From the NCBI GenBank assembly GCA_963712695.1, contig CAVQJD010000023.1, positions 47,832 through 111,831 of the forward strand: a DNA stretch of 64,000 nt, read 5' to 3'. The stretch is from an uncultured Gammaproteobacteria bacterium (GTDB lineage Bacteria > Pseudomonadota > Gammaproteobacteria > UBA9214). Under the pieces are notes generated by a model, which was not told the DNA's origin, searched no databases, and was given only the letters and a program-made list of their open reading frames with translations. Of the stretch, positions 10,277-22,352 are shown one piece after another. Position 1 is the stretch's first letter. The number at the start of each line of letters is the position of its first letter. The translations under genes were made by a program, and so were the position numbers.

Positions 10277-11098
10277 ATGAAGATGAACAACGCACAAGCG
10301 GCAGCCGGGCGTACCGTCAGGGTGCTGCAAATTACCGACACTCATCTGTATGCGAGCAGCGACGGCTGCCTGCTCGGGCTCAATACCGAACAGTCACTGC
10401 AGGCCGTGCTGGCGACCGTCGCAGACCGGCAACCGCACGCCGACCTGGTACTGGCAACCGGCGATCTCGCCCATGACGGAACGGCCGGCGCCTATCAGCG
10501 CTTTTTCACGCATATGAATCGCATCGGCCTGCCCGTGTACTGCCTGCCGGGTAACCATGATGAAGCGCAGGCATTGCAGCAGTCGGGTAACGAGGGCCAG
10601 TGCCGCTTCGTCGAACATGCTTGCCATGCCGGCTGGCATTTCATCTTCCTGGATTCGACCATACCGGACAGCGAGGCCGCACATCTGTCGGCAAAGACGC
10701 TGGCCATGCTGGAAAGGCAGCTGCAGGCGGCACCGGACATGCATACCGTGGTCTGTCTGCATCACCAGCCGGTACCGATGGGCAGCCGCTGGCTGGATAC
10801 CATGGCCGTCGACAACCCGGAGGCTTTCTTCACCATCATCGACCGTTACCCGCAGGTGCGCGCAATCCTGTGGGGACACGTGCACCAGGAATTGTCGACC
10901 CGGCGCGGTGATGTCCTGCTGCTGTCCGCACCCTCCACCTGTATCCAGTTTCTGCCCAACAGCGTCGGCTTTGCCGTGGACATGACCGCGCCCGGCTATC
11001 GCTGGCTGGAACTGCATCCGGATGGCAGGATCGACACCGGTATCGAGCGCCTCGACACGATCCCCGGCCAGATTGACCTGGCCGCCGGCGGTTATTGA
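10277..11098 (+). CDS. cpdA: 3',5'-cyclic-nucleotide phosphodiesterase (metallophosphoesterase)
   Basis: Calcineurin-like motifs (QITDTH, TGDLAHDG, GNHD, LHH, GHVH). The start at ATG 10277 or 10283 is uncertain. Confidence 0.8.
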   Translation: MKMNNAQAAAGRTVRVLQITDTHLYASSDGCLLGLNTEQSLQAVLATVADRQPHADLVLATGDLAHDGTAGAYQRFFTHMNRIGLPVYCLPGNHDEAQALQQSGNEGQCRFVEHACHAGWHFIFLDSTIPDSEAAHLSAKTLAMLERQLQAAPDMHTVVCLHHQPVPMGSRWLDTMAVDNPEAFFTIIDRYPQVRAILWGHVHQELSTRRGDVLLLSAPSTCIQFLPNSVGFAVDMTAPGYRWLELHPDGRIDTGIERLDTIPGQIDLAAGGY

Positions 11099-11105
11099 AA
11101 GCAGC

Positions 11106-12323
11106 TTATTTTACCAGCTGGTTGAGGTCGAAAATCGGTAGCAGGATCGCCAGCACGATCACCAGCACCACGCCACCCATCACCAGGATCAGCAGTGGCT
11201 CGAACAGGCCCATGACTGCAGCAATCAGCGTCTCGATCTCTCGTTCCTGGTTGATAGCAGCACGTTCCAGCATTTCTTCCAGCTTGCCACTGGCCTCGCC
11301 GCTGGCGATCAGATGCACCGTCATGGCCGGAAAATAGCCGCTTTGTTCGAGTGATGCCGCAATGCCGGCACCCTCGCGCACGCGTGCCGCGGCTTCGTTG
11401 ACAGCATCGCGCATCGGTAAATTTGAAATCACCTGCGCGGAAATGCGCATGGCCTCCAGCACCGAAACGCCGCTGGCGGTGAGAATGCTGAAGGTGCGCG
11501 CAAAACGTCCGGTATCGAGACCACGGACCAGGCGCCCGACCAGCGGCACATGCAACAGCAGACGATGGAAGCGACGCCGGTTGTCCACGTTGCGCAACAG
11601 CCAGGACACGGCAACAGCCAGCAACACGAGTAGTCCGAGTAGGATGAGGCCGTTGTTGCGCATGAAATCGCTGACCGCGATCAACCCGCGCGTCAGCGCC
11701 GGCAGGCCCTGACCGATGTTATCGAACACCTGCACCACCTGTGGCACGACATAGGTCATCAGGCCGCCGACGACCAGGATAGCCACGAATGTCAGCATGG
11801 CCGGGTAGAACACGGCCAGCTGAATCTTCTGGCGCATTTGCTGGCGATTTTCAGCGTAATCCGCGAGCCGCTCCAGCACCGAGTCCAGGTGTCCGGATTG
11901 CTCACCGGCCTCGACCGTCATGCGGTAAAGCTCGGGGAAAACATGATTGAAGTCGGACAGACCGGCGGCCAGGGTATGCCCCTCCATGACCCGCGAGCGT
12001 ACCGACAGCAACATGCTCTTCAGGCGTGGCCGGTCGGTTTGCTGGGCCACAGCGCGCAAACACTCCTCCAGCGGCAGTGCGGCACGTACCAGCGTCGCCA
12101 GCTGGCGCGTAATCAGGGCGAGGTCGGTGGCACTGATACCGCGCCGCAGAAAAGACGGGCGTCCGTGTGTTTGCGTCTCACGCTGTGCGACCGCCTGCAC
12201 CTCAACCGGTACCAGGCCCTGGTCACGCAGCTGCTGGCGCACCTGGCGCGGGGCATCACCCTCAAGAACACCCTTCTTTTCGCGCCCCTTGGCATCCAGC
12301 GCGGTGTATTCGAAGGCACCCAC
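11106..12323 (-). CDS. gspF: type II secretion system inner-membrane platform protein GspF
   Basis: 405 aa, duplicated T2SS-F domains, three TM segments, directly downstream of gspE. Confidence 0.9.
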   Translation of the reverse strand: MGAFEYTALDAKGREKKGVLEGDAPRQVRQQLRDQGLVPVEVQAVAQRETQTHGRPSFLRRGISATDLALITRQLATLVRAALPLEECLRAVAQQTDRPRLKSMLLSVRSRVMEGHTLAAGLSDFNHVFPELYRMTVEAGEQSGHLDSVLERLADYAENRQQMRQKIQLAVFYPAMLTFVAILVVGGLMTYVVPQVVQVFDNIGQGLPALTRGLIAVSDFMRNNGLILLGLLVLLAVAVSWLLRNVDNRRRFHRLLLHVPLVGRLVRGLDTGRFARTFSILTASGVSVLEAMRISAQVISNLPMRDAVNEAAARVREGAGIAASLEQSGYFPAMTVHLIASGEASGKLEEMLERAAINQEREIETLIAAVMGLFEPLLILVMGGVVLVIVLAILLPIFDLNQLVK

Positions 12324-12401
12324 GTGTCAGCGGGCTCCGGGTTGAAGCGGGGTCATGAACATGCAGGGATCGGTAGCAGAGACCACACGGCTGGTAATCG
12401 T

Positions 12402-13928
12402 TCAATCGCCCTGCGTCACACGCAGGACCTCCTCGACCGAGGTGACCCCATCCAGTACCTTGCGCCAGCCATCCTGGCGGATGCTCGGTGATTTTTTGCG
12501 CGCCTCGCGCTCCAGTTCCAGCTCACCGGCACCATCGTGAATCATGGCGCGCATGGCATCATCAAGGGTTACCAGTTCATAGATACCGGTGCGCCCGCGG
12601 TAGCCGAGCTGATTACAGGTAGGGCAACCGCGCGATCGATACAGCGTGGGCGGGTTGTCGACAGGAATACCCATGGCGGCACAATCGGCCGGGCCTGCCG
12701 TGTAGGGATCCTTGCAGTCTTCACACAGCACGCGCACCAGACGTTGCGCAAGCACGCCGATCAGACTCGATGACAGCAGGAACGGTTCGACACCCATATC
12801 ACGCAAGCGTGTCACGGCACCAACCGCGCTGTTGGTATGCAGGGTGGAGAACACCAGGTGGCCGGTGAGACTGGCCTGCACGGCAATCTCGGCCGTTTCC
12901 AGATCACGTATCTCGCCGACCATTACCACATCCGGGTCCTGGCGCAGGATTGCGCGCAGGCCACGGGCAAAGCTCAGGGCGACCTTGGTGTTGACCTGGG
13001 TCTGGCCGATGCCATCGAGGTAATACTCGATCGGGTCCTCGACGGTCATGATATTGCGCCGCTTGTTGTTGAGCCGCCCAAGTGCGGCATACAGCGTGGT
13101 GGTTTTGCCGGAACCGGTCGGGCCGGTCACCAGCACAATGCCATGCGGCTTGTTGATCAGCGCATCGATCGCATCCCGGGACGGCGCAGACATGCCGAGT
13201 TGCTCGAGGTCGAGCCGCCCGGCCTGCTTGTCCAGCAGACGCAGCACCACGCGTTCACCGTTGCCGGACGGCAGGGTGGAGACACGCACGTCGACGGCGC
13301 GACCTGCCACCCGCAACGAAATACGTCCGTCCTGGGGCAGACGCTTCTCGGCGATGTCGAGGCGCGCCATGACCTTGATGCGCGACACCAGCAGTGGCGC
13401 CAGCACCCGCTGCGGCTCCAGCACCTCGCGCAATACACCATCACAGCGAAAACGCACCACCAGGCGGTTCTCGAACGGTTCGATATGGATATCCGAGGCA
13501 TTTTCCTTCACCGCCTCGGTGAGCAGGGCATTGATCAGGCGGATGATCGGGGCATCATCCTCGCTTTCAAGCAGGTCGGCCGGCTCGGGCAGGCCCTGCG
13601 CGACATGCATCAGGTCGAGGTCATCGCCGATGTCCCCCATCATCTGCATGGCTTCGTTGGATCCCTGTTCGTAGTTATTGGACAGCAGCGTATTGAACTG
13701 CTCCTGGTCAATCATCTGCAGCTTGAGCGGCACGCCCACCAGCCGGCGCAATTCGATCAGCGCGGACGGTGTGACAGTGGCGGTATGCACCACCAGCGCC
13801 TGGTTATCGGCATAGCCGGTGACCAGCACGCCATTGCGCTTGGCAAACAGGAATGGCGGGCGGCGCGGTGCGGCATCGGGCGTCGCGCTCTCGGGCCGTT
13901 CAGCGTCCTGTAACAGGATGTCATTCAT
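12402..13928 (-). CDS. gspE: type II secretion system ATPase GspE
   Basis: Walker [11 protein letters not shown], Walker B/His box, and the tetra-Cys motif (CEDC...CPTC). Confidence 0.95.
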   Translation of the reverse strand: MNDILLQDAERPESATPDAAPRRPPFLFAKRNGVLVTGYADNQALVVHTATVTPSALIELRRLVGVPLKLQMIDQEQFNTLLSNNYEQGSNEAMQMMGDIGDDLDLMHVAQGLPEPADLLESEDDAPIIRLINALLTEAVKENASDIHIEPFENRLVVRFRCDGVLREVLEPQRVLAPLLVSRIKVMARLDIAEKRLPQDGRISLRVAGRAVDVRVSTLPSGNGERVVLRLLDKQAGRLDLEQLGMSAPSRDAIDALINKPHGIVLVTGPTGSGKTTTLYAALGRLNNKRRNIMTVEDPIEYYLDGIGQTQVNTKVALSFARGLRAILRQDPDVVMVGEIRDLETAEIAVQASLTGHLVFSTLHTNSAVGAVTRLRDMGVEPFLLSSSLIGVLAQRLVRVLCEDCKDPYTAGPADCAAMGIPVDNPPTLYRSRGCPTCNQLGYRGRTGIYELVTLDDAMRAMIHDGAGELELEREARKKSPSIRQDGWRKVLDGVTSVEEVLRVTQGD

Positions 13929-15954
13929 CGGTCATGAAGAACTGATGGGTAGTGCTTTCGCGCGGCGTTTCCTCGACAACCGGCGCGGCAGTTGGCGGCG
14001 CGGCGATTGGCGGTACAGCGGCAAATTCGCCGATCTCGGGCAATACCGGATGTGCCTTGCTGGGCATCAGGTTGACGCCATCCTGGTCCGCAGCGCGCTG
14101 CAGCTCACGTACAGAGTTATACTTGCTGTTGGTGTATCTGCTCGTCACCTCGCCGTCGCGCAGGATCACGGGGTGGATAAACACCATCAGGTTGGTCTTG
14201 TCGACATCGCTGGACCTGGACTTGAACAGGTTACCCAACAACGGGATATCGCCGAGTAATGGCACCTTCTGGATGCTCTCGCGTACATTTTCCTCCATCA
14301 GGCCGCCCAGTACCACGACCTGCCCGTCATCGACCATGACGTTGGTCTTGATGGAGCGCTTGTTGGTCACAAGATCGGAGGCACCTGCGACACTGTCAGC
14401 AATGCTGGAGACCTCCTGCTGGATATCCAGCCGTAACGCATCGCCCTCGTTGATTTTCGGCTTGATCTTGAGGGTCAGGCCCACGTCCTCTCGCGAGATG
14501 GTCTGGAACGGGTTGGTGGCGCCGTCGCTGGCACCGGTACTGGTGAACGAACCAGTGAGAAACGGTACGTTGCGACCGATCACGATCTCTGCCTCTTCGT
14601 TGTCGAGCGTGACCAGGGTCGGCGTGGAGAGGATGTTGGTATCGCTATCCGATGCCAGTGCATTCAGCACGCCGACATAATTGAAACTATTGTTCGGACT
14701 GACATCACCAACGCCGAGCAGGACATTTCCGGCGAGCGTGGGCAGCGTTCCACCGTTAATCACATCGGCAATACCGTTGACAACATCGGATACCTGAGTA
14801 CCCGTATTGGTAAAATTAACAATGCCAATCGGGGTCTGTCCGTTTTCATCGCCACTGAACAGCCATTGCACACCCAGCTCACGCGCGACAGTTCCCGAGA
14901 CCTCGGCAATCACCGCCTCGACCAGCACCTGCTGCTTGCGGATGTCGAGCTGGCTGATCACACGCCGCAGCGTGAGCATGATATCGGGCGGGGCGGTAAT
15001 GACCAGCGCATTGGTGGATTCATCCGCCTGGATGTCGAAGGAACCGCGCGCCGCGGCTACGGTCTTGCCCTGGGTGGCATCCTGTTCCTCGATCTTGCCC
15101 ACCCCCATGAGCACACTGACGATGTCCTTGGCACTGGCGTAGTGCAGGTAAATAACGTCGGTGTTGCCACCGGAGGAATCCAGCGGGGTATCGAGGTGTG
15201 AAATAATCGCCCGCAGGCGCAGGCGCTCGGAACGCTCACCCCCCAGCAATACGCTGTTGGTACGCTCATCGGCAACCAGCACCTGATCGCTGCCACCGGT
15301 GCCCGGCGCCTTGCCGACGGCCGAAGCGCGGGTAAGGCTGGTTAGCACCCGCACCACCTCGTTGGCCGAGGCATGCGCCAGCGGGATAATCTCGATCTCG
15401 CTGTCACTGACCTGGTCGATCCGGCGGATGATGCTTACCAGGCGCTCGACATTGTCTGCCCGGTCCGAGATGATCAGGACGTTGGTGTCCGGATAGGCGG
15501 CAAGGTGCCCCTGCTGGGGTACCAGCGGCCGCAGGATCGGCACCAGTTGCGCGGCCGCCACGTTGTCCACCTGGATCACGCGCGTGACCATTTCATCGCC
15601 TATGCCGGGGGCCCTGTCAGTGGTCGTCGGAATACTGTCCTGCTTGGCATTCACATCGGGGATGATCTTGATGACCTCGCCGGTCGGCACCGCGGCGAAA
15701 CCGTGTACCTTGAGGATTGACAGGAATACCTGGTAGACCTCGTCGGCATTCATTGGTCGCGATGAAATGACCGTGACCTTGCCCTTGACGCGCGGATCCA
15801 CGATGAAATTCTTGTCGGCCACATCGGCAACTGTGCTGATCAGGGCGCCGATATCCGCGTCCTTGAGGTTAAGCGTGACAGTCTCGGCACGCAGCGGCAG
15901 GACATAAACCAGCCCTGCGATAGCCAGCGCCGCAATCATTCCTGGAATTCTCAT
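13921..15954 (-). CDS. gspD: type II secretion system secretin GspD
   Basis: ORF 13921..16026, start moved to [14 protein letters not shown] (ATG at 15954, GAGGAA upstream). N0-N3 repeats plus a C-terminal secretin domain ([16 protein letters not shown]). Confidence 0.9.
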   Translation of the reverse strand: MRIPGMIAALAIAGLVYVLPLRAETVTLNLKDADIGALISTVADVADKNFIVDPRVKGKVTVISSRPMNADEVYQVFLSILKVHGFAAVPTGEVIKIIPDVNAKQDSIPTTTDRAPGIGDEMVTRVIQVDNVAAAQLVPILRPLVPQQGHLAAYPDTNVLIISDRADNVERLVSIIRRIDQVSDSEIEIIPLAHASANEVVRVLTSLTRASAVGKAPGTGGSDQVLVADERTNSVLLGGERSERLRLRAIISHLDTPLDSSGGNTDVIYLHYASAKDIVSVLMGVGKIEEQDATQGKTVAAARGSFDIQADESTNALVITAPPDIMLTLRRVISQLDIRKQQVLVEAVIAEVSGTVARELGVQWLFSGDENGQTPIGIVNFTNTGTQVSDVVNGIADVINGGTLPTLAGNVLLGVGDVSPNNSFNYVGVLNALASDSDTNILSTPTLVTLDNEEAEIVIGRNVPFLTGSFTSTGASDGATNPFQTISREDVGLTLKIKPKINEGDALRLDIQQEVSSIADSVAGASDLVTNKRSIKTNVMVDDGQVVVLGGLMEENVRESIQKVPLLGDIPLLGNLFKSRSSDVDKTNLMVFIHPVILRDGEVTSRYTNSKYNSVRELQRAADQDGVNLMPSKAHPVLPEIGEFAAVPPIAAPPTAAPVVEETPRESTTHQFFMTDE

Positions 15955-16055
15955 TGCTGTTTCCTCAACACCAGTCCTGTGGGTGCAGGCTGGACGTGGA
16001 CACGTCGATAGCCGGACACGGGGCATGTTGCCTGATTTCTATAAAAAATGCCTGA

Positions 16056-16967
16056 TTATTCATAGCCATCCAGCGACAGATCCTGTTCCACGCCATCCCG
16101 CATCAGCTTCAGCGTGACCGGCTCACCACTCTGCAGGCTCTGCAACGCCGTGGCGCTGTTCTGGGGATCGGTCAGGGCGAGGCCGTTGACCTCGGTGACC
16201 ACATCACCGTTCTGCAGGCCCAGCTGCTCGAACAGCTGGGGATCATTGCCGGGTGCCAGTGTATAGCCTACCAGATTGCCTTCCGGGTCGTTCGCCGGGG
16301 AGATACGCAACAGCCGGGCCAGGTTGGCCGGTTGCTGTTGTACCTGCTGACGCACTGCCCGCAGCCGTTCGGCCGGACTCTGGGTCGAACGCATCGCCGC
16401 CGGCGTGGCGGCAGCGGAGTATACATTGCCCGACTGCACATCCGTCGGCAGGCGCAGGGTCTCGTAGCGGCCGTTGCGCTGCAGGATGACACGATCCGGA
16501 TAGATTGCACTCAGCTCGGCGTTGCCCGGCAGGGTTGCGCCGATCGCATACTGCTCATCCTGCCCGCGCTGGTCCGCGATAATAGCGCGCGCATGGACCT
16601 TGTCGTCTGATGCCAGTGAACCTTTCAGGGTCAGGTTCAGCTGGGTATCCGGGGCGTCGACCGGCGCAGCGATCTTGACCGGCTCCGCCGCGACAGTCAC
16701 CTCACCCATCAGGTGCCAGCCGGACAGTTGCCTGACCAGCATCCGGTCGGGATCCGGCTTGGCAGGTATGTTGCCAGTCGCCGCGATCACCGGTTGAGCC
16801 GGTTCTTCCTGTTGTTGCGGTAGCAGACCCCAGGTCAGGGCAGCAAGCCGGGTTGCGATCCAGATGACCAGCAGCACATTAATGGCAAGGATGACGCGCT
16901 GCGCTGTCTTGCCCTGCAGTAGCCTGCCCAGTTCTGCGGGTTGTAATGATGCTGTATTCATCAACAT
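16056..16967 (-). CDS. gspC: type II secretion system protein GspC
   Basis: N-terminal TM anchor, C-terminal PDZ-like segment (GLQNGDVVTEVNG), and position immediately upstream of gspD. Confidence 0.65.
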   Translation of the reverse strand: MLMNTASLQPAELGRLLQGKTAQRVILAINVLLVIWIATRLAALTWGLLPQQQEEPAQPVIAATGNIPAKPDPDRMLVRQLSGWHLMGEVTVAAEPVKIAAPVDAPDTQLNLTLKGSLASDDKVHARAIIADQRGQDEQYAIGATLPGNAELSAIYPDRVILQRNGRYETLRLPTDVQSGNVYSAAATPAAMRSTQSPAERLRAVRQQVQQQPANLARLLRISPANDPEGNLVGYTLAPGNDPQLFEQLGLQNGDVVTEVNGLALTDPQNSATALQSLQSGEPVTLKLMRDGVEQDLSLDGYE

Positions 16968-16997
16968 GACCTGTGTAAATCTACCTGCCTCTGCAGT

Positions 16998-18293
16998 TTA
17001 CCCCTGCCGGGTCTGCTGTCGACCACGACCACTGCTGCCACGGTGCCCGGACGGCCGGCTTGCCGACTTGCCCGGACCACCGGGCCGGGGTGGCCGGTTG
17101 ATCCTGACCGGCGGTTTAAGCTCACCAATGTAGCCTTCCGGCACGGTTTCCACCGCTATCTTGTGGCCGAGGTAGGCTTCGATCTCCGGGAGCGAATAGA
17201 CGTAGTTCTCGCAGGCGAAACTGATCGCGTCCCCGTCCTTGCCGACCCGTGCCGTACGCCCGATACGGTGTACATAATCTTCGGCATCCTGTGGCAGATC
17301 ATAATTGAAAACGTGGCTGACATCGGGTATGTGCAGGCCACGGGCCGCCACATCGGTGGCGATCAGAATCGGCAGTTTTCCCTTCTGGAAATCACTCAGC
17401 AGGTGCTGGCGCTTCTTTTGCGGGACATCCCCCGACAACACCGCACACTTGAAGCCATTTCCTTCCAGGTAGGACCAGACCCGGTCCGCGTTGCGCTTGG
17501 TGTTGACGAAAACGATGCTGCGCAGCGGATCGGTATGGTTTAGCAGGCCGATCAGCAAGGGAATCTTCTCCTCGTTCGCCGTGTGATAGAGCACCTGTCT
17601 GACACGCTCGGCCGTTATGATCTCGGGTACGACATCGACATGGAACGGGTTGTTCATGTGCTCGTAAGCGAGTTCCTGCACACGGTGCGAGAGGGTTGCC
17701 GAGAACAGCAGGCCAAGACGCTGCTCCGGTGGCGGGCAGCGCCGCAGCAGAAAGCGGATATCCTTGATAAAGCCAAGGTCGAACATCCGGTCCGCCTCGT
17801 CCAGCACGACAGCCTGTATCATTTTCAGATTGAAGACATGCTGTTTGAAATAATCGATCAGGCGACCCGGTGTCCCTATCAGGATGTCCACACCTGCGGT
17901 AATGGCATCGCGCTGCTCGTCGTAGCCGGTACCGCCATAGGCAAGACCGAGTTGCAAGCCGGTATGTCGTCCAAGCACCATGGCATCGTTGTAGATCTGG
18001 ATGGCCAGTTCGCGGGTCGGCGCCAGGATCAGGGCACGCGGCTGGTTCTGCTGGCGCCGCTCATCGGCCGGATGGGTCATCAGATAGTGGTATACCGCAA
18101 CCAGGAAGGCGGCCGTCTTGCCGGTGCCGGTCTGCGCCTGGCCGGCGATATCGCGGCCCTGGAGGGCCACTGGCAGGGTCTCGGCCTGGATCGGCGTGCA
18201 TTTTGAAAATCCTGCATCTTCAATACCTTGCATTAGCTCTTCCGGCAGGGAAAAGCTGCTCCAGGCAATCTCGGTTAAATGTGTTTCAGCCAT
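16998..18293 (-). CDS. rhlB: ATP-dependent RNA helicase RhlB
   Basis: DEAD-box motifs ([27 protein letters not shown]) and an Arg/Gly-rich tail. Start moved to MAETHLTE (18293), matching the RhlB N-terminus. Divergent from trxA-rho as in E. coli. Confidence 0.9.
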   Translation of the reverse strand: MAETHLTEIAWSSFSLPEELMQGIEDAGFSKCTPIQAETLPVALQGRDIAGQAQTGTGKTAAFLVAVYHYLMTHPADERRQQNQPRALILAPTRELAIQIYNDAMVLGRHTGLQLGLAYGGTGYDEQRDAITAGVDILIGTPGRLIDYFKQHVFNLKMIQAVVLDEADRMFDLGFIKDIRFLLRRCPPPEQRLGLLFSATLSHRVQELAYEHMNNPFHVDVVPEIITAERVRQVLYHTANEEKIPLLIGLLNHTDPLRSIVFVNTKRNADRVWSYLEGNGFKCAVLSGDVPQKKRQHLLSDFQKGKLPILIATDVAARGLHIPDVSHVFNYDLPQDAEDYVHRIGRTARVGKDGDAISFACENYVYSLPEIEAYLGHKIAVETVPEGYIGELKPPVRINRPPRPGGPGKSASRPSGHRGSSGRGRQQTRQG

Positions 18294-18777
18294 GATCCGG
18301 GTCGCTGCGGCGTGCACGGGCACAGAAATGTCATCGAATTTAGCATTGTATTTCAAATGCTTGTTTATATGCTAATGATTGTTGAAAATCCCGAACTGTT
18401 TAACAGCTCCAGCTACCGGCCTGTCGCCGATTGACCACCGTCCGGCCCTGCTGCGCGGCTGCGGTGATGCTCCGGGCCCGTATTATTGTACGCGCGAATC
18501 AGTGACTCTACGTCATTTGACAATCTGTGACGCACCGGGCTTGTAAATTGCGCCGAATTAGGCTGAAATAGCAGGCATCAAGGTGTCATGCCAAGCACGT
18601 GGGCTCTGACACATCATTACGACTCCTGCCAAGGTTGCACCTCCCGAAACTCACCTTGACGTGTCACATAACAGAATTCCGTTTTCACGACCATTCTTGG
18701 CCAGCCCCGGATACCTTTGCTGCGGCAAGCGGACAGTGTTTTTTTGATTGTTTTGGTTCTTAAGGAGAAATTCAACA

Positions 18778-19104
18778 GTGAGTGACCGCATCCTCCAGCT
18801 GACAGACGACACATTTGAACAGGACGTCATTAAATCGTCCGACCCTGTACTCGTGGATTACTGGGCCGAATGGTGCGGTCCCTGCAAGATGATCGCGCCC
18901 ATCCTGGAAGAGATCGCCAGTGAATACAACGGCAGAATCAAGGTTGCCAAGCTGAATATCGATGACAATCCGCAGACACCGCCCAAGTATGGCATTCGCG
19001 GCATACCGACCCTGATGCTGTTCAAGGACGGCAATGTTGAAGCCACCAAGGTTGGCGCCCTGTCGAAGTCACAACTCACGGCATTCATCGACAGCAATAT
19101 CTGA
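18778..19104 (+). CDS. trxA: thioredoxin
   Basis: WCGPC active site. GTG start at 18778 with AAGGAG at 18762-18767. Confidence 0.95.
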   Translation: MSDRILQLTDDTFEQDVIKSSDPVLVDYWAEWCGPCKMIAPILEEIASEYNGRIKVAKLNIDDNPQTPPKYGIRGIPTLMLFKDGNVEATKVGALSKSQLTAFIDSNI

Positions 19105-19286
19105 ACATAAATTACTATAACCAGACGTACCGGGGGTAACTGAAAGCACAGGCCTGTGCCTGTGCGTACACCGCATCACTGTTCATCCGCTGTGTTACCT
19201 GCAAGGCAATTCAGCACCCCCGTCGTTTCTCCGGCCCTCGGGCCATTCTTGACAAATCAATCAATGACATCCAGCAAAGGCCACCT

Positions 19287-20543
19287 ATGAACCTGTCCGA
19301 ACTCAAGCTCAAGCCTGCATCCGAACTGATCGAAATCGCCCAGGAAATGGGCATCCAGGACATTGCCCGCCAGCGCAAGCAGGAAATCATCTTTTCCATC
19401 CTCAAGTCGCACGCCAAGAAAGGCGAGGATATTTTCGGGAACGGTGTCCTCGAGATCCTCCAGGACGGGTTCGGCTTCCTGCGCTCGGCAGACAGCTCCT
19501 ACCTCGCCGGACCGGATGATATCTATGTATCCCCCAGCCAGATCCGCCGCTTCAGCCTGCGTACCGGCGATACCGTGGACGGCAAGATCCGGCCGCCGAA
19601 AGACAGCGAACGCTATTTCGCGCTGCTCAAGGTCAGCCAGATCAACTACGAAAAACCGGAAGCCGCCAAGAACAAGGTCGCCTTTGAAAACCTGACACCA
19701 CTGCATCCGAACGAGCGGCTGATACTGGAACGCGGCAATGGCAGTACCGAGGACATTACCGCACGCATCATCGACCTGGTGGCACCGCTGGGCAAGGGAC
19801 AGCGCGGCCTGATCGTGTCACCGCCCAAGGCCGGCAAGACCATGCTGCTGCAGAACGTGGCACAGTCGATCACCGCAAACCACCCGGAGTGCTTCATGAT
19901 CGTGCTGCTCATCGACGAGCGCCCGGAAGAAGTCACCGAGATGGCGCGCTCGGTGCAGGGCGAGGTGGTCTCCAGCACCTTCGACGAACCTGCCAGCCGT
20001 CATGTACAGGTCGCCGAAATGGTGATCGAGAAGGCCAAGCGCCTGGTTGAACACAAGCGCGACGTGGTGATCCTGCTGGACTCGATCACACGCCTGGGGC
20101 GTGCCTACAACACGGTAGTGCCGTCATCCGGCAAGGTGCTGACCGGCGGTGTGGACGCCAATGCCCTGCAGCGTCCCAAGCGTTTCTTCGGCGCGGCACG
20201 CAATATCGAGGAAGGTGGCAGCCTGACCATTCTCGCCACCGCCCTGATCGACACAGGTTCGCGCATGGATGACGTGATCTATGAAGAGTTCAAGGGCACC
20301 GGCAACCACGAAATCCACCTCGACCGCCGCATTGCCGAGAAGCGTGTTTACCCGGCGATCAACCTGAACCGTTCCGGCACACGTCGCGAGGAGCTGCTCA
20401 CCGATGCGAAAGAACTGCAGAAGATGTGGATCCTGCGCAAGCTGCTGCACCCGATGGACGAACTGGCCGCCATGGAATTCCTGCTCGACAAGCTCAAGGC
20501 CACCAAGAACAACGCCGAGTTTTTCGATTCCATGAAACGCTAG
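19287..20543 (+). CDS. rho: transcription termination factor Rho
   Basis: 418 aa, with an N-terminal RNA-binding domain and a RecA-type ATPase (PPKAGKT). Confidence 0.97.
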   Translation: MNLSELKLKPASELIEIAQEMGIQDIARQRKQEIIFSILKSHAKKGEDIFGNGVLEILQDGFGFLRSADSSYLAGPDDIYVSPSQIRRFSLRTGDTVDGKIRPPKDSERYFALLKVSQINYEKPEAAKNKVAFENLTPLHPNERLILERGNGSTEDITARIIDLVAPLGKGQRGLIVSPPKAGKTMLLQNVAQSITANHPECFMIVLLIDERPEEVTEMARSVQGEVVSSTFDEPASRHVQVAEMVIEKAKRLVEHKRDVVILLDSITRLGRAYNTVVPSSGKVLTGGVDANALQRPKRFFGAARNIEEGGSLTILATALIDTGSRMDDVIYEEFKGTGNHEIHLDRRIAEKRVYPAINLNRSGTRREELLTDAKELQKMWILRKLLHPMDELAAMEFLLDKLKATKNNAEFFDSMKR

Positions 20544-21219
20544 CGTGAAACGTGAGACGTGAAACGTGAAACGTGAAACGTGAAACGTGAAACGTGAAAC
20601 GTGAAAGGATAGGGGTAAATAGAACAATTGGCCACGGAAGCACACGGAAAAACACGGAAAATATAACAACAGATGTAGGGTGCGTTTTACGCACCGTGCG
20701 GGCCAGAAGCTCGCACGCTGCAGTACCACAGGCAAGTTAATAAGTGGCCACAGAATCCACGGAAAAACACGGAAAAATAAAAAATACAGGCTCGGGAGAT
20801 GTTTGCGCCCCATAAAGTGCGCAAAAGGAGTACAGTGCTTCCAGTGCTGCAGTAATCTGTTTTTCCGTGTTTTTCCGTGGATTCCGTGGCTATTTATCTT
20901 TTCACGTTTCACGTTTCACGTAAACATGATGCATATGCACAGCACTTCCGGTGCGTAAAACGCACCCTACATACCAGCCTGCAGTAATCTGTTTTTCCGA
21001 GTGCTTCCGTGGATTCCGTGGCTATTTATCTTCACGTTTCACGTTTCACGTTTCACGTAAACATGATGCATATGCACAGCACTTCCGGTGCGTAAAACGC
21101 ACCCTACATGCCAGCCTGCAGTAATCTGTTTTTCCGAGCGCTTCCGTGGATTCCGTGGCTATTTTTCTTTTCACGTCTCACGTCTCACGTCTCACGTTTC
21201 ACGCTTCACCTCTCACGCT
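20544..21219. repeat. composite H/B/P repeat locus 1 (rho | M48 peptidase)
   Basis: Nine tandem heptamers CGTGAAA/CGTGAGA (20544-20606). B boxes at 20629 and 20745. GTAG-palindrome at 20675-20695. Then a P'-B'-H' unit in tandem starting at 20847, 20979 and 21116 (periods 132 and 137 bp), ending in the inverted heptamer array 21168-21219. Confidence 0.95.
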
Positions 21220-22320
21220 TCACCCGTCATTGCCCAGATTGCGCAGGCGGTTGATGCGCAACTCGAGTGGCGGATGGGTGGCATACAGCCGGCTGGTCTT
21301 TTCCTGGAAGTTCCTGAACGGATTCACGATGAACATATGCTGCGTCGCGCGGTTCGCACCCCGGAACGGCTGCGCGCTGGTTGCCAGCTTCTCGAGCGCG
21401 GCAATCAGCCCCTCGGGGTGACGGGTCAGGCGCACGCTGGTTGCATCGGCCAGAAACTCACGCTGCCGTGACACCGCCAGCTGCACCAGCAGGGCAAACA
21501 CCGGCGCCAGGGCGGCAAAGGCCACGAGCGCCAGCATCACGAACACGGCATTCGCACCACCTTTTCCGGAACTGCGCGAGCGGTTCGAGAAATACAGCGC
21601 ACGCAGCGCCGCGTCGCTGACCAGTGCGATCAGGCCGACAATAACGCCCACGGCCGTGGCATAGCGAATATCCCAGTTCACGATATGACCCATCTCGTGA
21701 CCGATCACGCCCTGCAATTCCGCACGGTTGAGTGTATCCAGCAACCCGCGCGTGACACCGATGGCGGAACGGGCCGGGTTCATACCGGTGGCAAAGGCAT
21801 TCAGCGCCGGAGTATCGATAACGAACACACGTGGCTTGACGATGCCGGCCGCGATCGCCATTTCCTCGACCACATTGTGCAGCACGGGCTCCTCGTCGGC
21901 CGTGACCTCCTCGGCACCCGTCAGGCGCAGAATGATCCGGTCACCGCTGCGGAATGCAACCCATGACCACACCGCACCGATGCCGAACAGCACCAGTGAA
22001 CACCAGACGCCCCAGCGACTGATGAACCAGACAGTCTCCACTTCGGCGGGCAGACCGTACATGCCGAGCTGCAGCCCCCAGCCCAGCAGGTAACCCAGCA
22101 CGCCGAGGATCAGCAAAAGTGCACCCAGCAAGCGCAGCGTCGCACGCTGGTTGGCACGTGCAGCGGCCAGGAAGTCGGTACGCCGTAGCACCTTGTTGCG
22201 CAGCAACCGGTGCGACTGCCAGTTCGCCTGCAGCGGAATGCCACACTGGCGGCAGGTCCTGGCATGCGGGGAGTTGGCAGCACCACATTCCGGACACTGT
22301 TTGCTATCTGAGGGTGTCAT
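21220..22320 (-). CDS. M48 family metallopeptidase with N-terminal zinc ribbon
   Basis: CPECG...CRQCG ribbon, TM segments, and an HEMGH zinc site. Downstream of lemA, a commonly seen pairing. Confidence 0.8.
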   Translation of the reverse strand: MTPSDSKQCPECGAANSPHARTCRQCGIPLQANWQSHRLLRNKVLRRTDFLAAARANQRATLRLLGALLLILGVLGYLLGWGLQLGMYGLPAEVETVWFISRWGVWCSLVLFGIGAVWSWVAFRSGDRIILRLTGAEEVTADEEPVLHNVVEEMAIAAGIVKPRVFVIDTPALNAFATGMNPARSAIGVTRGLLDTLNRAELQGVIGHEMGHIVNWDIRYATAVGVIVGLIALVSDAALRALYFSNRSRSSGKGGANAVFVMLALVAFAALAPVFALLVQLAVSRQREFLADATSVRLTRHPEGLIAALEKLATSAQPFRGANRATQHMFIVNPFRNFQEKTSRLYATHPPLELRINRLRNLGNDG

Positions 22321-22352
22321 CCGGGTCAGTCAATCATTTGAAATGCATAAAC

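Noticed and set aside
19146-19159. Palindrome GCACAGGCCTGTGC after trxA, as a possible terminator or rho-leader attenuator element.
   Set aside because: The stem has no loop and no following T-run. This is insufficient to call an intrinsic terminator. The rho leader (19105-19286) is likely regulatory but I cannot define sites from sequence alone.
20124-20912. 262-aa minus-strand ORF, plus the similar repeat-derived ORFs 20494..20694, 20680..20958, 21088..21471, 24772..25359, 29007..29402, 29111..30301, 59589..60194, 61785..62033, 62068..62304 and 62869..63120.
   Set aside because: They exist only because the complement of the heptamer arrays (TTTCACG/TCTCACG) and the B/P modules lack stop codons. 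Their 'proteins' are FTFHVSR... and FFRVLPWIPW... repeat translations, or lie antisense to rho, prmA or purH.
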